A DNA stretch of 64,000 nucleotides from Bryobacterales bacterium (GCA_963422375.2 OY729428.2:3552001-3616000), one strand, 5' to 3'; counted from the stretch's first letter, positions 31,935 to 42,460 are shown. Numbers and translations: made by a program. Notes: generated by a model not told the origin, from the letters alone.

Positions 31935-33950
31935 ATGGAGAACCTAGGCTACCTCGCGGTCCTGCTGGCCTTCCTGCTGTCGGCCTACGCGGCCGCGGCA
32001 GGCCTCGGCGGCAAGCTGCTGCGCAACCCGTTTCTCGAGCTGAGCGCCCAGCGCGGCGTCCTCGGAGCGTGGCTGATGACCACGGCCGCGTCGGCCATCC
32101 TGCTGCACGCGATCCTCACCGACAACTTCAGCTTCAACTACGTCGCGTCGCGGTCGAACGCGGACCTGGACCTGCTGTACAAGATCGCGGCTTGGTGGGG
32201 CGGGCAGGAGGGGTCGCTGCTGTTCTGGAGCTGGATCGCGGCAACCTACTCGTTCGTGGCCGTGTACTCCGGGCGCAAGCGGCACCGGAGCATGATCTCC
32301 TACGTCGTCGCGACGATGAGCGCTACGCAGGCCTTCTTCCTCGGTCTCGTCGCGTTCGAGGCGAACCCCTTCCAAGTGATCATGTCGGGCCCGCAGATCA
32401 CGGCGGTGCCGGACGGGCAGGGGCTCAACCCCCTCCTGCAGCACCCCATGATGGCGATCCACCCGCCGATGCTGTACCTCGGCTACGTCGGGTTCACCGT
32501 GCCGTTCGCCTTCGCGCTGGCCTCGCTGATCACCCGCCAGCCGGGCGAGCGCTGGATCCACACCACCCGCGTGTGGACGATGGTGACCTGGCTGTTCCAG
32601 TCGATCGGCATCCTGCTGGGCGCGCGCTGGGCCTACGTGGTGCTCGGGTGGGGCGGCTACTGGGGCTGGGACCCCGTCGAGAACGCTTCCCTGCTGCCCT
32701 GGCTAACCGGCACGGCCTTCCTGCACTCGGTGATGATGCAGGAGAAGAAGGGCATGATGAAGGTCTGGAACATCGTCCTGATCTCGGCGACGTTCTTCCT
32801 GTGCATTTTCGGGACGATGATGACCCGCGGCGGGCTCGTCAGCTCGGTCCACGCCTTCGCCGAGTCCGAGATCGGCGCCTATTTCGTCTGGTACCTGGTG
32901 ATCGGCATCGCCGTCACCGCGTACCTGATCGGCAGCCGGCTGGAATACCTGCGCAGCGAGGCCGACCTGGACTCGGTGGTCTCGCGAGAGTCGAGCTTCC
33001 TGTTCAATAACGTCGTCCTGCTGGCGAGTTGCTTCGCGGTGCTGTGGGGCACGCTCTTCCCGGTCATCAGCGAGTACTTCACCGGCGACAAGATCACCGT
33101 CGGAGCGCCGTTTTTCAACAAGGTCAACGTGCCGATCGGGCTGTTCCTGCTGTTCCTCACAGGCGTCGGCCCGCTGTTCGCATGGCGGCGCACGTCGGCC
33201 GAGTCGCTGCGCCGGAATTTCCTGTGGCCGGCGGTATCCGGGCTGGTCTGCGCCGCGGCGCTGCTGGCGGCGGGCATGCGCCACTTCTACGCCTTGGTAT
33301 GCTTCGCCCTCTGCGCGTTCGTCGCCGCGACGGTGCTGACGGAGTTCTACCGCGGCGGCCGGGTCATCCAGCGCAAGGGCGGCACCGGCCTGGCGGCGGC
33401 GATGGTCGAGCTCACGCGCCGCAACACGCGCCGCTACGGCGGCTACCTGGTCCATATGGCGATCGTGCTGATGTTCATCGGCTTCGCCGGAGCGGCGTTC
33501 AACCAGGTCCAGCAGGAGGAGCTGGAGATCGGCGACAGCATGCAGGTGGGCGCCTACGACTTCAAGCTGCAGAACGTCTCCGAGTCGGACAACCCCAACT
33601 TCTTCCGCGCGGTGGCCTCGGTCGACGTCAGCAGGGACGGCGAGTATCTCGAGACGCTGATGCCCGAGCGGCGCTTCTACCACGCGTCGAACCAGCCGAC
33701 CAGCCGCGTGGACGTGCGCAACCGCCTGCGCGAGGACGTGTACGTGGTGTACGCGGGACATTCGAACGACGGCACGGCCCCGGTGATCCAGGTGTATATC
33801 AACCCGCTGGTCAACTGGATCTGGATCGGGTCGCTGCTGCTGGTGCTCGGCACGCTGGTGGCGTTGATGCCGAGCAGGAAGCCCGGACGGTCTCCGCGGA
33901 CCCGGCCCGCCCCGCTGAAGGAGCATCCCGTTGCGGTTCCTGGCGACTAG
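31935..33950 (+). CDS. ccmF: Cytochrome c heme lyase
   Basis: WGGQEGSLLFW, GLNPLLQ, HPPMLYLGY, WAY..LGWGGYWGWDPVENAS, SVHAFA. Confidence 0.96.
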   Translation: MENLGYLAVLLAFLLSAYAAAAGLGGKLLRNPFLELSAQRGVLGAWLMTTAASAILLHAILTDNFSFNYVASRSNADLDLLYKIAAWWGGQEGSLLFWSWIAATYSFVAVYSGRKRHRSMISYVVATMSATQAFFLGLVAFEANPFQVIMSGPQITAVPDGQGLNPLLQHPMMAIHPPMLYLGYVGFTVPFAFALASLITRQPGERWIHTTRVWTMVTWLFQSIGILLGARWAYVVLGWGGYWGWDPVENASLLPWLTGTAFLHSVMMQEKKGMMKVWNIVLISATFFLCIFGTMMTRGGLVSSVHAFAESEIGAYFVWYLVIGIAVTAYLIGSRLEYLRSEADLDSVVSRESSFLFNNVVLLASCFAVLWGTLFPVISEYFTGDKITVGAPFFNKVNVPIGLFLLFLTGVGPLFAWRRTSAESLRRNFLWPAVSGLVCAAALLAAGMRHFYALVCFALCAFVAATVLTEFYRGGRVIQRKGGTGLAAAMVELTRRNTRRYGGYLVHMAIVLMFIGFAGAAFNQVQQEELEIGDSMQVGAYDFKLQNVSESDNPNFFRAVASVDVSRDGEYLETLMPERRFYHASNQPTSRVDVRNRLREDVYVVYAGHSNDGTAPVIQVYINPLVNWIWIGSLLLVLGTLVALMPSRKPGRSPRTRPAPLKEHPVAVPGD

Positions 33951-34395
33951 CCTCGCGCTGGCCCTCGCGGCCGCGGCCGCGCAGGCGGCCGTGCCCTACC
34001 CGAGGCTGCGGGAGGTGGGCGACCGCGTCTCGTGCCAGTGCGGCTGCGCCTACACGGTGGGCAGCTGCAACATGATGAACTGCCACTTCCGCGACCCGGT
34101 GCTGCAGAAGATCGGGGACGGCCTCGAGCGCGGCCTGTCGGACGAGGAAGTGCTTGAAGAGGTCTACGCCGAGTACGGCAGCGAGACGCGCGTCGAGCCG
34201 CGCGGGGAAGGGTTCGGCATTGTCGGCTGGACCGCGCCCTTCGCGGCGTTCGCCGCAGGGTTGCTGGTCATCCCGTGGATCGTGCGGCGCTGGCGGTCGA
34301 ACGCCGGGGCGCGGTCGCGCGGCCCCGAGGTGCCGGACGCCGTTGCCGAGCGCTACAACGCGGAGATCGAGAGAGACCTCGACCAGTTCGAGTGA
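33931..34395 (+). CDS. ccmH: CcmH-like cytochrome c biogenesis protein
   Basis: Signal peptide, SCQCGC...C...CH, G.SDEEV....YG, TM helix with W..P; operon position. Confidence 0.75.
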   Translation: MRFLATSLALALAAAAAQAAVPYPRLREVGDRVSCQCGCAYTVGSCNMMNCHFRDPVLQKIGDGLERGLSDEEVLEEVYAEYGSETRVEPRGEGFGIVGWTAPFAAFAAGLLVIPWIVRRWRSNAGARSRGPEVPDAVAERYNAEIERDLDQFE

Positions 34396-34444
34396 GCTTC
34401 GGAGACCGGGGCGCGGCCGCAGCGCCGGTCGCGCCCGGCATGCC

Positions 34445-34723
34445 ATGCTAGTCGCGGCCGCTATCGCCATGATCCTGATCGCCTTCGGGCTGCCGTTGGT
34501 GGTGCGCACCAGCCACCTGCCGCCCGAAGAGAGGGTTTCCCCGACGCAGCACCTGGAAGACCGCAAGGCGGCCATCTACGAGAATCTGCGCGACCTGCGG
34601 AGCGAGTTCCAGATGGGCAAGATGTCCGCGGCCGACTACGCGGAGAGCAAGCAGGCCCTGCAGCAGGAGCTGGCCGGGGTGCTGCACGCAATCGCCCAGA
34701 CGGAAGGCGGCACCGATGCCTGA
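34445..34723 (+). CDS. Small membrane protein resembling the CcmI N-terminal domain
   Basis: TM helix then IYENLRDL..E..GKMS..DY......L..EL. Confidence 0.6.
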   Translation: MLVAAAIAMILIAFGLPLVVRTSHLPPEERVSPTQHLEDRKAAIYENLRDLRSEFQMGKMSAADYAESKQALQQELAGVLHAIAQTEGGTDA

Positions 34724-35744
34724 GGCGCGGGCGGCGCTGCTCGCCCTAGCGCTGGGAGCCGCACTCCTGTGGGCGCGCGGGGCCGCGCCGGCCCAGGTCA
34801 GGGGCAGCGTCGTGAACGCCACCGCCGGCGCGCCGGCCCCCGGCGTGGCGCTGACGCTTTCGAGCTTCGCCGACGGCATGAAGCCCGTCGAGGAGACGGT
34901 CTCCGCCGCGGACGGTACGTTCGCGTTCGCCGAGAGCCTGCCCGCGCCGGCCGCAGGGCAGCCGTTCGCCGGCGCGGTCCGGGCGGAATTCGACGGGATC
35001 GGGTACACCGAGCTCGTGCGGAGCGGCTCGACCGGGGAGGAGGTCCGGATCACGGTCTACACGGCGACCGCCGCAGGGCTCCCGGCGCCGGCCAACCGCG
35101 TCGTGATTCTCGAGCCCCAAGGCGACCGGATGCATGTCCGCGAGGGATACCAGTTCCTCAACGAGTCCGACCCGCCGGTCACGTTCAGCAGCGAAGCCGG
35201 CACGCTGCGCTTCCACCTTCCGAGCGGCGCCGACGGCGAGGTGGACGTGTCCGGCACGGGCCCGGCGGGCATGCCGCTGCGCAGCACCGCCCTCCCCGCG
35301 GGCGAGCAGGGCATCTACAAGGTCGATTTCCCCCTCAAGCCCGGGGAGAACCGGCTGGATCTGTCCTACGACGCACCGTACGACGAAGGCGCGGAGTTCA
35401 CCGTACGCACGCTGTATTCCGGGGTGATGTCCCGGGTGGCTGTCCCGGAAGCCGTCAGCGTCAAGGGCGACGGAGTCGAAGAGCTCGGGCGAGAACCTAC
35501 CATGCGGGTGTCGATCTACCGCCTGCCCGACAAGCCGGAAGTCCGCCTGACAGTGACCGGGCAGGGTCGGCTGCCTGCGGAGGGCGGGTCCGCCGGATCC
35601 TCGCGGGGCGCCGAGATCAGCATCCAGCCCGCGCCGATCCATGGCGAGCTCTACTGGATCATCGCCCTCACTGTCCTGATTCTCGGCCTCGGCTTCGTCC
35701 ACCTGATGGGCTCGCGACGCCCGGACGGCGCCGGGGAGGGGTAG
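34716..35744 (+). CDS. Periplasmic carboxypeptidase-regulatory-like domain protein with C-terminal TM anchor
   Basis: Signal peptide, VRGSVVNAT...DGTFAF, C-terminal hydrophobic helix; inside the ccm operon. Confidence 0.7.
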   Translation: MPEARAALLALALGAALLWARGAAPAQVRGSVVNATAGAPAPGVALTLSSFADGMKPVEETVSAADGTFAFAESLPAPAAGQPFAGAVRAEFDGIGYTELVRSGSTGEEVRITVYTATAAGLPAPANRVVILEPQGDRMHVREGYQFLNESDPPVTFSSEAGTLRFHLPSGADGEVDVSGTGPAGMPLRSTALPAGEQGIYKVDFPLKPGENRLDLSYDAPYDEGAEFTVRTLYSGVMSRVAVPEAVSVKGDGVEELGREPTMRVSIYRLPDKPEVRLTVTGQGRLPAEGGSAGSSRGAEISIQPAPIHGELYWIIALTVLILGLGFVHLMGSRRPDGAGEG

Positions 35745-35755
35745 CGCCGACGCCT

Positions 35756-36454
35756 ATGGGTGAAGCCGCGATCGCTGTCCGGGGCGTCTCGAAGTTCTTC
35801 GGCGACTTCCCCGCCCTGCGGGAGGTCGACCTGGAGATCCGGGCCGGTAGCGCACTGGCCCTGCTCGGGCGCAACGGCGCGGGGAAGACCACCCTGCTGC
35901 GGGTCCTGGCCGGGATTTGCGCGCCAACCAAGGGAGAGGTCTCGTTCCCGGGAGGCGCGGACCACGGACGCGACCGGCGGAGCCGCGTAGGCATCGTCGG
36001 CCACGGCACGTGGATATACGACGACCTGACCGCGGAGGAGAACCTGCGGTTCTTCGCCGGCCTGTACGGCGTGGACAACTCCGGCGAGGCCGTCGGCGCT
36101 TGGCTGCGGCAAGTCGGGCTGGAGCGGTTCCGGGACGCGCGGGCCGGCGAGTTCTCGCGCGGGATGCGCCAGCGCCTGACCATCGCGCGGGCGTTCCTGC
36201 ACGACCCGGCAGTCCTGCTGCTCGACGAGCCGTGGACCGCCTTGGACGACCGAGCCGTGGAACTGCTGTCCTCGCTGGTGGTCGCAGCGCGACGGAGCGG
36301 CAAGTGCGCGGTGATTTGCTCCCACCAGCTGCGCGAGGCCGTCGGCGTGGCGGACGAGGTCGCCCTGCTGCACCGCGGCCGGATCGCGTACCGGGGACGG
36401 GTCGACGACAACCTGCGACGCGACCCGCAGTCGCTTTACGAGCACGTTCGATGA
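35756..36454 (+). CDS. ccmA: Heme exporter ATP-binding protein
   Basis: GRNGAGKTT, FSRGMRQR, LLDEP; followed by ccmB. Confidence 0.88.
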   Translation: MGEAAIAVRGVSKFFGDFPALREVDLEIRAGSALALLGRNGAGKTTLLRVLAGICAPTKGEVSFPGGADHGRDRRSRVGIVGHGTWIYDDLTAEENLRFFAGLYGVDNSGEAVGAWLRQVGLERFRDARAGEFSRGMRQRLTIARAFLHDPAVLLLDEPWTALDDRAVELLSSLVVAARRSGKCAVICSHQLREAVGVADEVALLHRGRIAYRGRVDDNLRRDPQSLYEHVR

Positions 36455-37137
36455 GGCGATTCCTGGCGGACGCGTGGGCCGTGGCGGCCAAGGACCTGCG
36501 CTGCGAGCTGCGCGACCGGCAGGTCCTCAATGCGGCGGTCTCGTTCGCGCTCGTCGTGCTGCTGATGTTCAGCTTCGCGTTCGACCCGAACACCAATGTC
36601 GGCATCCGCAGCCTCTCGGGCGGCCTGCTTTGGGTCGTGTACCTGTTCGCAGGGGTGCTCGTGCTAAACCGCAGTTTCGCCCGGGAAACCGCCAACGATT
36701 GCCTCGCGGCCCTGGTGGCGGCCCCGCTGGCGGGCGAAGCGCTGTTCTTGGGCAAGGCGCTTTCGAGCTGGCTCCTCATCCTGGCCGTCGAGCTGATTTC
36801 GCTGCCGGTATTCGGCATCTTCTACGACGTCAACTGGGTTCCGAAGGCCGGGCGCCTGCTGCCGGTCTTCGCGCTGGGCAGCTGGGCGCTAGCAGCGGTC
36901 GGCACGACCTTCGGCGCACTGACCGCCAACAACCGCATGAGGGAGCTCATGCTGCCGCTGCTCCTGCTGCCTGTCTGCCTGCCTGCTCTGGTGGCGTGCA
37001 TGAGCGTGACCTGGGGCATCTTCGACCCGTCCGCGGTGACCGAGATCGGCCCCTGGGTGCGATTGCTGGTCGGATTCGACATCATCTACACTTTGCTCGG
37101 CGTGCTTGTGATGGATTCCGTCCTGACGGCGAGCTGA
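36451..37137 (+). CDS. ccmB: Heme exporter membrane protein
   Basis: KDLRCELR, GLLWV, RSFARE, LFLGK, RELMLPLLLLP. Confidence 0.9.
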   Translation: MRRFLADAWAVAAKDLRCELRDRQVLNAAVSFALVVLLMFSFAFDPNTNVGIRSLSGGLLWVVYLFAGVLVLNRSFARETANDCLAALVAAPLAGEALFLGKALSSWLLILAVELISLPVFGIFYDVNWVPKAGRLLPVFALGSWALAAVGTTFGALTANNRMRELMLPLLLLPVCLPALVACMSVTWGIFDPSAVTEIGPWVRLLVGFDIIYTLLGVLVMDSVLTAS

Positions 37138-37188
37138 GCCGTTACCGTGACGAGTTCGCGGCCGAAGGCGGGAAGGGTGACCGCGGAG

Positions 37189-38343
37189 ATGCACTCAAGG
37201 CTGCGATGGGGACTGGTCGGCGGCGGCGAGGGCAGCCAGATCGGCAGCGCGCACCGGATCGGCGCGACCATGGACGGGCTGCTCGAGCTCGCTGCGGGAG
37301 CCATGGACATCGACCCTGCGAGGGGCCGCGAATTCGCCATGCGCCGCGGCATCCGGGCGGACCGCGCATACGGCGACTGGCGCAGGATGCTGGAACGGGA
37401 GTCGGCTCTCGAGCCGGGTGAGCGTCTTGACCTCGTGACGGTCGCCACTCCGAACTCGACGCACCACGAAATCGCCACCGCGTTCCTAGAGGCGGGCTTC
37501 CACGTGCTCTGCGAGAAGCCGCTCACGACGACCGTCGCGGACGCCCGGGACCTAGTGCGGACAGCGCGCTCTGCGGGCCGGATTCTGGCGGTCAACTACG
37601 GATACAGCGGCTACCCGATGGTGCGACAGGCGCGCGCCATGGTGCGGAACGGGGAACTGGGAGGGATTCGCGTGGTTGTAGCGGAGTTCGCCCACGGGTC
37701 GCACGCCGACGCTTCCGACGCGGACAACCCCCGCGTGCGCTGGCGCTACGACCCGGCGCAAGCCGGGGAGAGCTCGGTGCTGGCAGACACGGGCCTGCAC
37801 GCGCTGCACATGGCGTGCTACGTGATTGGGCGGCAGGTCGCACGGGTGTCCGCGGACTTCGTATCGACCGTCGAGGGGCGGGCGCTCGAGGACGACGCCT
37901 CGGTCGCCTTGCGGTTCGCCGGCGGCGAGGCCGGGCGTCTCTGGGCGAGCGCCGTGGCGGTAGGCCAGCAGCACGGGCTGACCCTGCGCGTCTTCGGCGA
38001 ACTCGGCGGCCTGCGCTGGTCTCAAGAGCAGCCGAACCAGCTGCTCTGGACCCCGCTCGGGGAGCCCGCGCGGACGCTAGAGCGCGGGGACTCGCGACTA
38101 GACGAAGAGGCCCGGCGCGGCTCGCGAATCACGATCGGCCATGTAGAGGGCATGCTAGGGGCCTTCGCCAACATTTACTCGGACCTAGCGGCGGCCATCC
38201 GCTCGCGCGGGAGGGCTCGGAACGGAGGTTGCGATTCGGCTCCGTACCCGACCGGAGCCGACGGCCTGCACACGCTGGCAGCAGTGCATGCCGCGGCCGA
38301 GTCCGCACGGCACGGCGGGGCTTGGGTGGATGTGCCCGCGTGA
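37189..38343 (+). CDS. Gfo/Idh/MocA family oxidoreductase
   Basis: GLVGGGEGSQIG..HR, ATPN..H, CEKP, WRYDP, GHVEG; start at 37147-37189 uncertain. Confidence 0.9.
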   Translation: MHSRLRWGLVGGGEGSQIGSAHRIGATMDGLLELAAGAMDIDPARGREFAMRRGIRADRAYGDWRRMLERESALEPGERLDLVTVATPNSTHHEIATAFLEAGFHVLCEKPLTTTVADARDLVRTARSAGRILAVNYGYSGYPMVRQARAMVRNGELGGIRVVVAEFAHGSHADASDADNPRVRWRYDPAQAGESSVLADTGLHALHMACYVIGRQVARVSADFVSTVEGRALEDDASVALRFAGGEAGRLWASAVAVGQQHGLTLRVFGELGGLRWSQEQPNQLLWTPLGEPARTLERGDSRLDEEARRGSRITIGHVEGMLGAFANIYSDLAAAIRSRGRARNGGCDSAPYPTGADGLHTLAAVHAAAESARHGGAWVDVPA

Positions 38344-38619
38344 CGCGTCATTGGGTGAAACCTGACAGCGGCGCACAGGATCGCCGAGGCCCCGTCAATG
38401 CGCCAGCCTCTCGCGGAGGGCGTCTCATCCCGTCGCGAGGGCGAACCGGCGGGCGGCACGCGTGTCCCTAGCAGATTCCACCGTCGCCAGATGGCGCCTC
38501 GGGCGGCGAACAGCGCGACGCGCAGGAAGCAACGCGGAGACCCCGAAGCATTCGCCAGCCCATAGGAGCGGACTCTCCGTCCATGCAGAGTCCGGCATCC
38601 CGTCGGGAGCTACCGGAGA

Positions 38620-38944
38620 AGTCCTCGGCTGCTTCGTGTTCAAGGACGACGGCACCAGGGAGCCGAAGGCAATGCTCTACGAGAGACCCAACGGAGACCT
38701 CACGCTGTCGCGGGACGGCAACTGAATCCTCACCGACACCTACAACATGGGCGAGTACATCCACCTGTACATGTACCATCTGCCCTCAATGCGGCTGGCT
38801 CCGCTGGCGATGCTCCAGACCCGCCTGAACCGGAAGCCGCTCTTGCAGGCGGCAGGCACCTACCAGATCGACCTGCACCCGCACTTCAGCCCGGACGGGC
38901 GCACGGTGAGGATCGACTCGTCGCACGAGGGCCTCGGACGCTAG
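38620..38944 (+). pseudogene. Fragment of a TolB/oligogalacturonate-lyase-like beta-propeller gene
   Basis: One frame reads SRDGN*ILTDTY...IDLHPHFSPDGRTVRIDSSHEGLGR*; the TGA probably derives from TGG; N-terminus missing. Confidence 0.55.
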
Positions 38945-38969
38945 GTCTGCCCGCTGGACAGCGGCCATC

Positions 38970-40958
38970 TCATGGACAACCCGCCCGCTGCCCCGTAGCT
39001 CGCGGAACCCCTTCATCCGGCACGGCTCCTGCCAGCCGCCGACGCATGCGCCGGAAGGCGGCCAGCGCCTCCGGGTTGGCCAAGGCGTCGAGATTCCCTG
39101 CCGGACGGCCGTGCAGCACCCGCTTCGCAGCTAGCTCGGCGATCTTGCCGCTGCGCGTCCGCGGGATGTCCTCGACTTCAAACACCCTTGCGGGCACGTG
39201 GCGCGGCGAGGCCCGCAGCCGGATGACCTGGCGGATCCGGCGCACGAGACCGGCGTCGAGCGAGGCGCCGGCGGCCGGCCGGACAAACAGGATCACCGAC
39301 TCGTCCGCGCCTTCGCGCCAGCCCACGGCCAGAGCCTCCGCGACTTCTTCCAAGGATTCGACGGCGGCGTAGATCTCGGCGGTTCCGATGCGCACGCCGC
39401 CAGGGTTGAGCACCGTGTCGGACCGCCCCCAGATCCGTAAGCCGCCACTCGGCGTGCGCTCGCAGTAGTCCCCGTGATGCCACCAGCCGGGAAACCGCTC
39501 GAAATAGGCTGCGCGGTACAGGCTGCCGTCCGGATCGTTGAAGAAACCGACCGGCATCGAGGGGAACGGCAGGGTGCATACCAGTTCGCCCTTCTCCCCC
39601 GGAGCGAGCCTGCGGCCGTCGTCGCCGACCACCTCGACGCGCATCCCCAGCCCCGGCGCTTGCAGCTCGCCGCGATGAACCGGGCCGACGGGGTTGCCCA
39701 GGGCGAAGCAGGAGACGATGTCCGTGCCGCCCGAGATGGACGCGAGGAGAACGTCCGACTTGACCGACCGGTACACATAGTCGAAGCTCGTGTCGGCGAG
39801 GGGTGACCCCGTCGAGAGGATTGTGCGAAGTGCCTGCAGGTCGTGGGACCGGGTCGGCGCGAGGCGGGCCTTCTCTACTGCGGAGAGGTACTTAGCGCTA
39901 GTCCCGAACACCGTGACCCGCTCTTCTTGGGCCATGTCGAACAAGCTGCCCGGCGACGGATGGAATGGCGACCCGTCGTAGAGCACCACCGTGGCTCCGA
40001 CCGCCAGGCTGCTGACGAGCCAGTTCCACATCATCCACCCGCAACTAGTGAAGTAGAAGATCCGGTCCTCCCGGCCGAGGTCCGTGTGCAGCAGGTGCTC
40101 CTTGAGATGCTGCACCAGCGTCCCGCCCGCGCCGTGGACGATGCACTTGGGCGCGCCGGTGGTCCCGGACGTGTACAGGATGAAGGACGGGTGATCGAAC
40201 GGGAGGGCCTCGAAGCGAGGTTCGCACGGAGAGGCGAGGAAGTCGCGATACACCGACGCCGATAGGAGGCCGCCGAGTTCGGGCTCGTCACTCAGGAACG
40301 GGATCACCACCACGCGCTCGATCGACGGGACCCGCCGGGCAATCTCCCGGACTCTCGGCATGCAGTCGTACCGCACGCCTGCGTGCCGGTAACCGTCCAC
40401 CGCGAACAGGACCCTAGGGCGGATCTGCCCGAAGCGGTCCACGACCGCGTCCGCGCCGAAGTCGGGGGAGGAGGAGGACCAAACGGCCCCGAGGCTCGCG
40501 GAGGCGAGCATGGCCGTCACGGCTTCCGGCACGTTGGCGACGTACCCCGCCACGCGGTCGCCGCGGCCGATACCCGCCCGGACGAGCGACGCCGCCACGG
40601 ACGCGACCTCGAAATAGAGCTGCCTGTAGGAGACCGACCGCCTGCTCCCGTCCTCGCTGCGAGCCACCAAGGCCTCGCGCCTGTCGCGGTAGCGCAGGAG
40701 ATTCTCGGCGAAGTTCAGTTCCGCGCCCGGAAACCACCGCGCGCCGGGCATCCGCTCGATGCCGTCCACAGTCCGATCGGGCCGACGCCGGGCCCGCACT
40801 CCAGCAAACCGCCACAGCGCCGCCCAGAAGCAGGCCGGGGACTCGACCGACCATCGGTGCAGGCTCTCGTAGTCGGTCGCTCCGACCTCGTTCATGAAGC
40901 GCCAGAGACCGGATGCTGCGACCCGCGCAGGCGATGGGGTCCAGATCGGCTCTGTCAT
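38970..40958 (-). CDS. Acetoacetate--CoA ligase
   Basis: WFPGAELNFAENLL, YTSGTTGAPKCIVHG, GWMMWNWL, SISGGTD, GRSDTVLNPGGVRIGTAEIY. Confidence 0.93.
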   Translation of the reverse strand: MTEPIWTPSPARVAASGLWRFMNEVGATDYESLHRWSVESPACFWAALWRFAGVRARRRPDRTVDGIERMPGARWFPGAELNFAENLLRYRDRREALVARSEDGSRRSVSYRQLYFEVASVAASLVRAGIGRGDRVAGYVANVPEAVTAMLASASLGAVWSSSSPDFGADAVVDRFGQIRPRVLFAVDGYRHAGVRYDCMPRVREIARRVPSIERVVVIPFLSDEPELGGLLSASVYRDFLASPCEPRFEALPFDHPSFILYTSGTTGAPKCIVHGAGGTLVQHLKEHLLHTDLGREDRIFYFTSCGWMMWNWLVSSLAVGATVVLYDGSPFHPSPGSLFDMAQEERVTVFGTSAKYLSAVEKARLAPTRSHDLQALRTILSTGSPLADTSFDYVYRSVKSDVLLASISGGTDIVSCFALGNPVGPVHRGELQAPGLGMRVEVVGDDGRRLAPGEKGELVCTLPFPSMPVGFFNDPDGSLYRAAYFERFPGWWHHGDYCERTPSGGLRIWGRSDTVLNPGGVRIGTAEIYAAVESLEEVAEALAVGWREGADESVILFVRPAAGASLDAGLVRRIRQVIRLRASPRHVPARVFEVEDIPRTRSGKIAELAAKRVLHGRPAGNLDALANPEALAAFRRMRRRLAGAVPDEGVPRATGQRAGCP

Positions 40959-41006
40959 CCCAGGCGGCGGATTCGGACCGGCGGATCGCGGAGACCCCGC
41001 GAGGGG

Positions 41007-41546
41007 TCAGGTGACCGGTCGGGAGGGCCCCGGGAGGCGCCAGACCACGATGGCCGATGCCAGTCCGAGGAGCAGCTTGAGCGCATCCAAGCCGGTGTAG
41101 GCATGGTGTAGAGTCCAGAACGCGCTGCGCACTTCGGGCAGGGCGCTCTCCGCCGCGAAGTCCATCATTCGGCCTAGCCGAACTGTCTCCGGGACGACGT
41201 ACAAGGTCAGGACAACCGAGACTGCGAGCATCGTGCCGGTCGCGCCGGTCACTCTCCAGCCGCCCCCGCCCCGCCATGCCAGCAGCACCGCAAGCATCCC
41301 GAGCGGAAGCTGGGCCCAGCCCCAGCCCCGAAAGAACAGGCGGTTGACTTCGGACGCCTGGTGACGCAGGACGAGGCGCAGGCCGTCGTCCGAGACCGCG
41401 CCCGCCGCCTCGCGGAAGCCCTCGTCCCGCGATGCCTGCACGCTCGCCGCGACCGCAAAGTTCTGGATCGCGGTCTGCCACATGAAGAGCGTCCCGGCGC
41501 ACCATGCGCCGAGGAGGAAGCAGAGCGGGAGGGCGCTGCGTCTCAT
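41007..41546 (-). CDS. Membrane protein (DUF4149-like)
   Basis: Four hydrophobic segments, SEVNRLFF, FWTLHHAY; ATG overlaps the yggX stop. Confidence 0.65.
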   Translation of the reverse strand: MRRSALPLCFLLGAWCAGTLFMWQTAIQNFAVAASVQASRDEGFREAAGAVSDDGLRLVLRHQASEVNRLFFRGWGWAQLPLGMLAVLLAWRGGGGWRVTGATGTMLAVSVVLTLYVVPETVRLGRMMDFAAESALPEVRSAFWTLHHAYTGLDALKLLLGLASAIVVWRLPGPSRPVT

Positions 41547-41818
41547 GTGGGAGGCGCTACGTACTCGGGGGGCGGGGCCGCGCCCTCCCCGAAGAAAAAG
41601 GCCTCCATCTGGCTGATGATCAGTTCCTGTGCCTGCAGAGTAGCCGGGTTCAGGCGGTACTCGTTGATGATCATCTTCAGGTGCTCCGCCCACTGGGCCC
41701 AAGCTACCTTGGAGACGTTTTCGTAGATCCGGCGACCGAGGTCGCTGTCGAAGGGCGCCTCGTCCAGCCCGGGGAGCCTCTTGCGCAGCTTGACGCACTG
41801 AACCATCCGCTCGGCCAT
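41543..41818 (-). CDS. yggX: Fe(II)-trafficking/oxidative damage protection protein
   Basis: RMVQCVKL...GL...P...LG.RIYENVSK.AW..W.....M.INEYRL. Confidence 0.92.
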   Translation of the reverse strand: MAERMVQCVKLRKRLPGLDEAPFDSDLGRRIYENVSKVAWAQWAEHLKMIINEYRLNPATLQAQELIISQMEAFFFGEGAAPPPEYVAPPT

Positions 41819-41873
41819 GCTTCCATTATCGTAGAACTCGAAGGGCGGCAGCGCCGCCGGGAGGATTGGCGTC

Positions 41874-42449
41874 ATGGGAATGACCACGGTCGCGTTCGAA
41901 GTCGGCGAGGGAACACTCGTCCTGCAGACCGGAGACATCACCAAGGTGCCCTCTGACGCGGTCGCGAATGCGGCCAACGCGCAGCTGGCCGGAGGGGGAG
42001 GCGTCGACGGGGCGATTCACCGCGCCGGAGGGCGAGCGATCATGCGGGAGCTGGACAAGATCCGAGCGAAAGCAGGGGACTGCGAGCCAGGGGACGCGGT
42101 CGCGACATCCGCGGGGAAGCTTCCGGCCAAGTGGGTGCTGCACGCCGTCGGGCCGATCTACGCGGGCGGAGCGAATGGCGAGGCGGCTACTCTCGCGTCG
42201 TGCTACCGCCGCTGCCTCGACCTAGCCGGCGAGCTCGGGGCTCGGTCGCTGTCGCTGCCGGCCATCAGCACGGGCGCCTACGGCTACCCCCTGGACGATG
42301 CCGCGAGAATTGCCGTGGAGACCGTCGCAGCCGTCATGTCCGACCGCAGCACACCGGTCCGGCGGGTGGCCTTCGTGCTGTTCGGGGAGGAGACGTTCGA
42401 GGCGTTCGCTACGGCCGCTCGGCGGGCACTGCCGAAAACCCTGTCCTGA
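41874..42449 (+). CDS. Macro domain O-acetyl-ADP-ribose deacetylase (YmdB-like)
   Basis: GDIT, NAAN, GGGGVDGAIHRAGG, HAVGP, PAISTGAYGYP. Confidence 0.93.
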   Translation: MGMTTVAFEVGEGTLVLQTGDITKVPSDAVANAANAQLAGGGGVDGAIHRAGGRAIMRELDKIRAKAGDCEPGDAVATSAGKLPAKWVLHAVGPIYAGGANGEAATLASCYRRCLDLAGELGARSLSLPAISTGAYGYPLDDAARIAVETVAAVMSDRSTPVRRVAFVLFGEETFEAFATAARRALPKTLS

Positions 42450-42460
42450 GCGGGTCGAAG

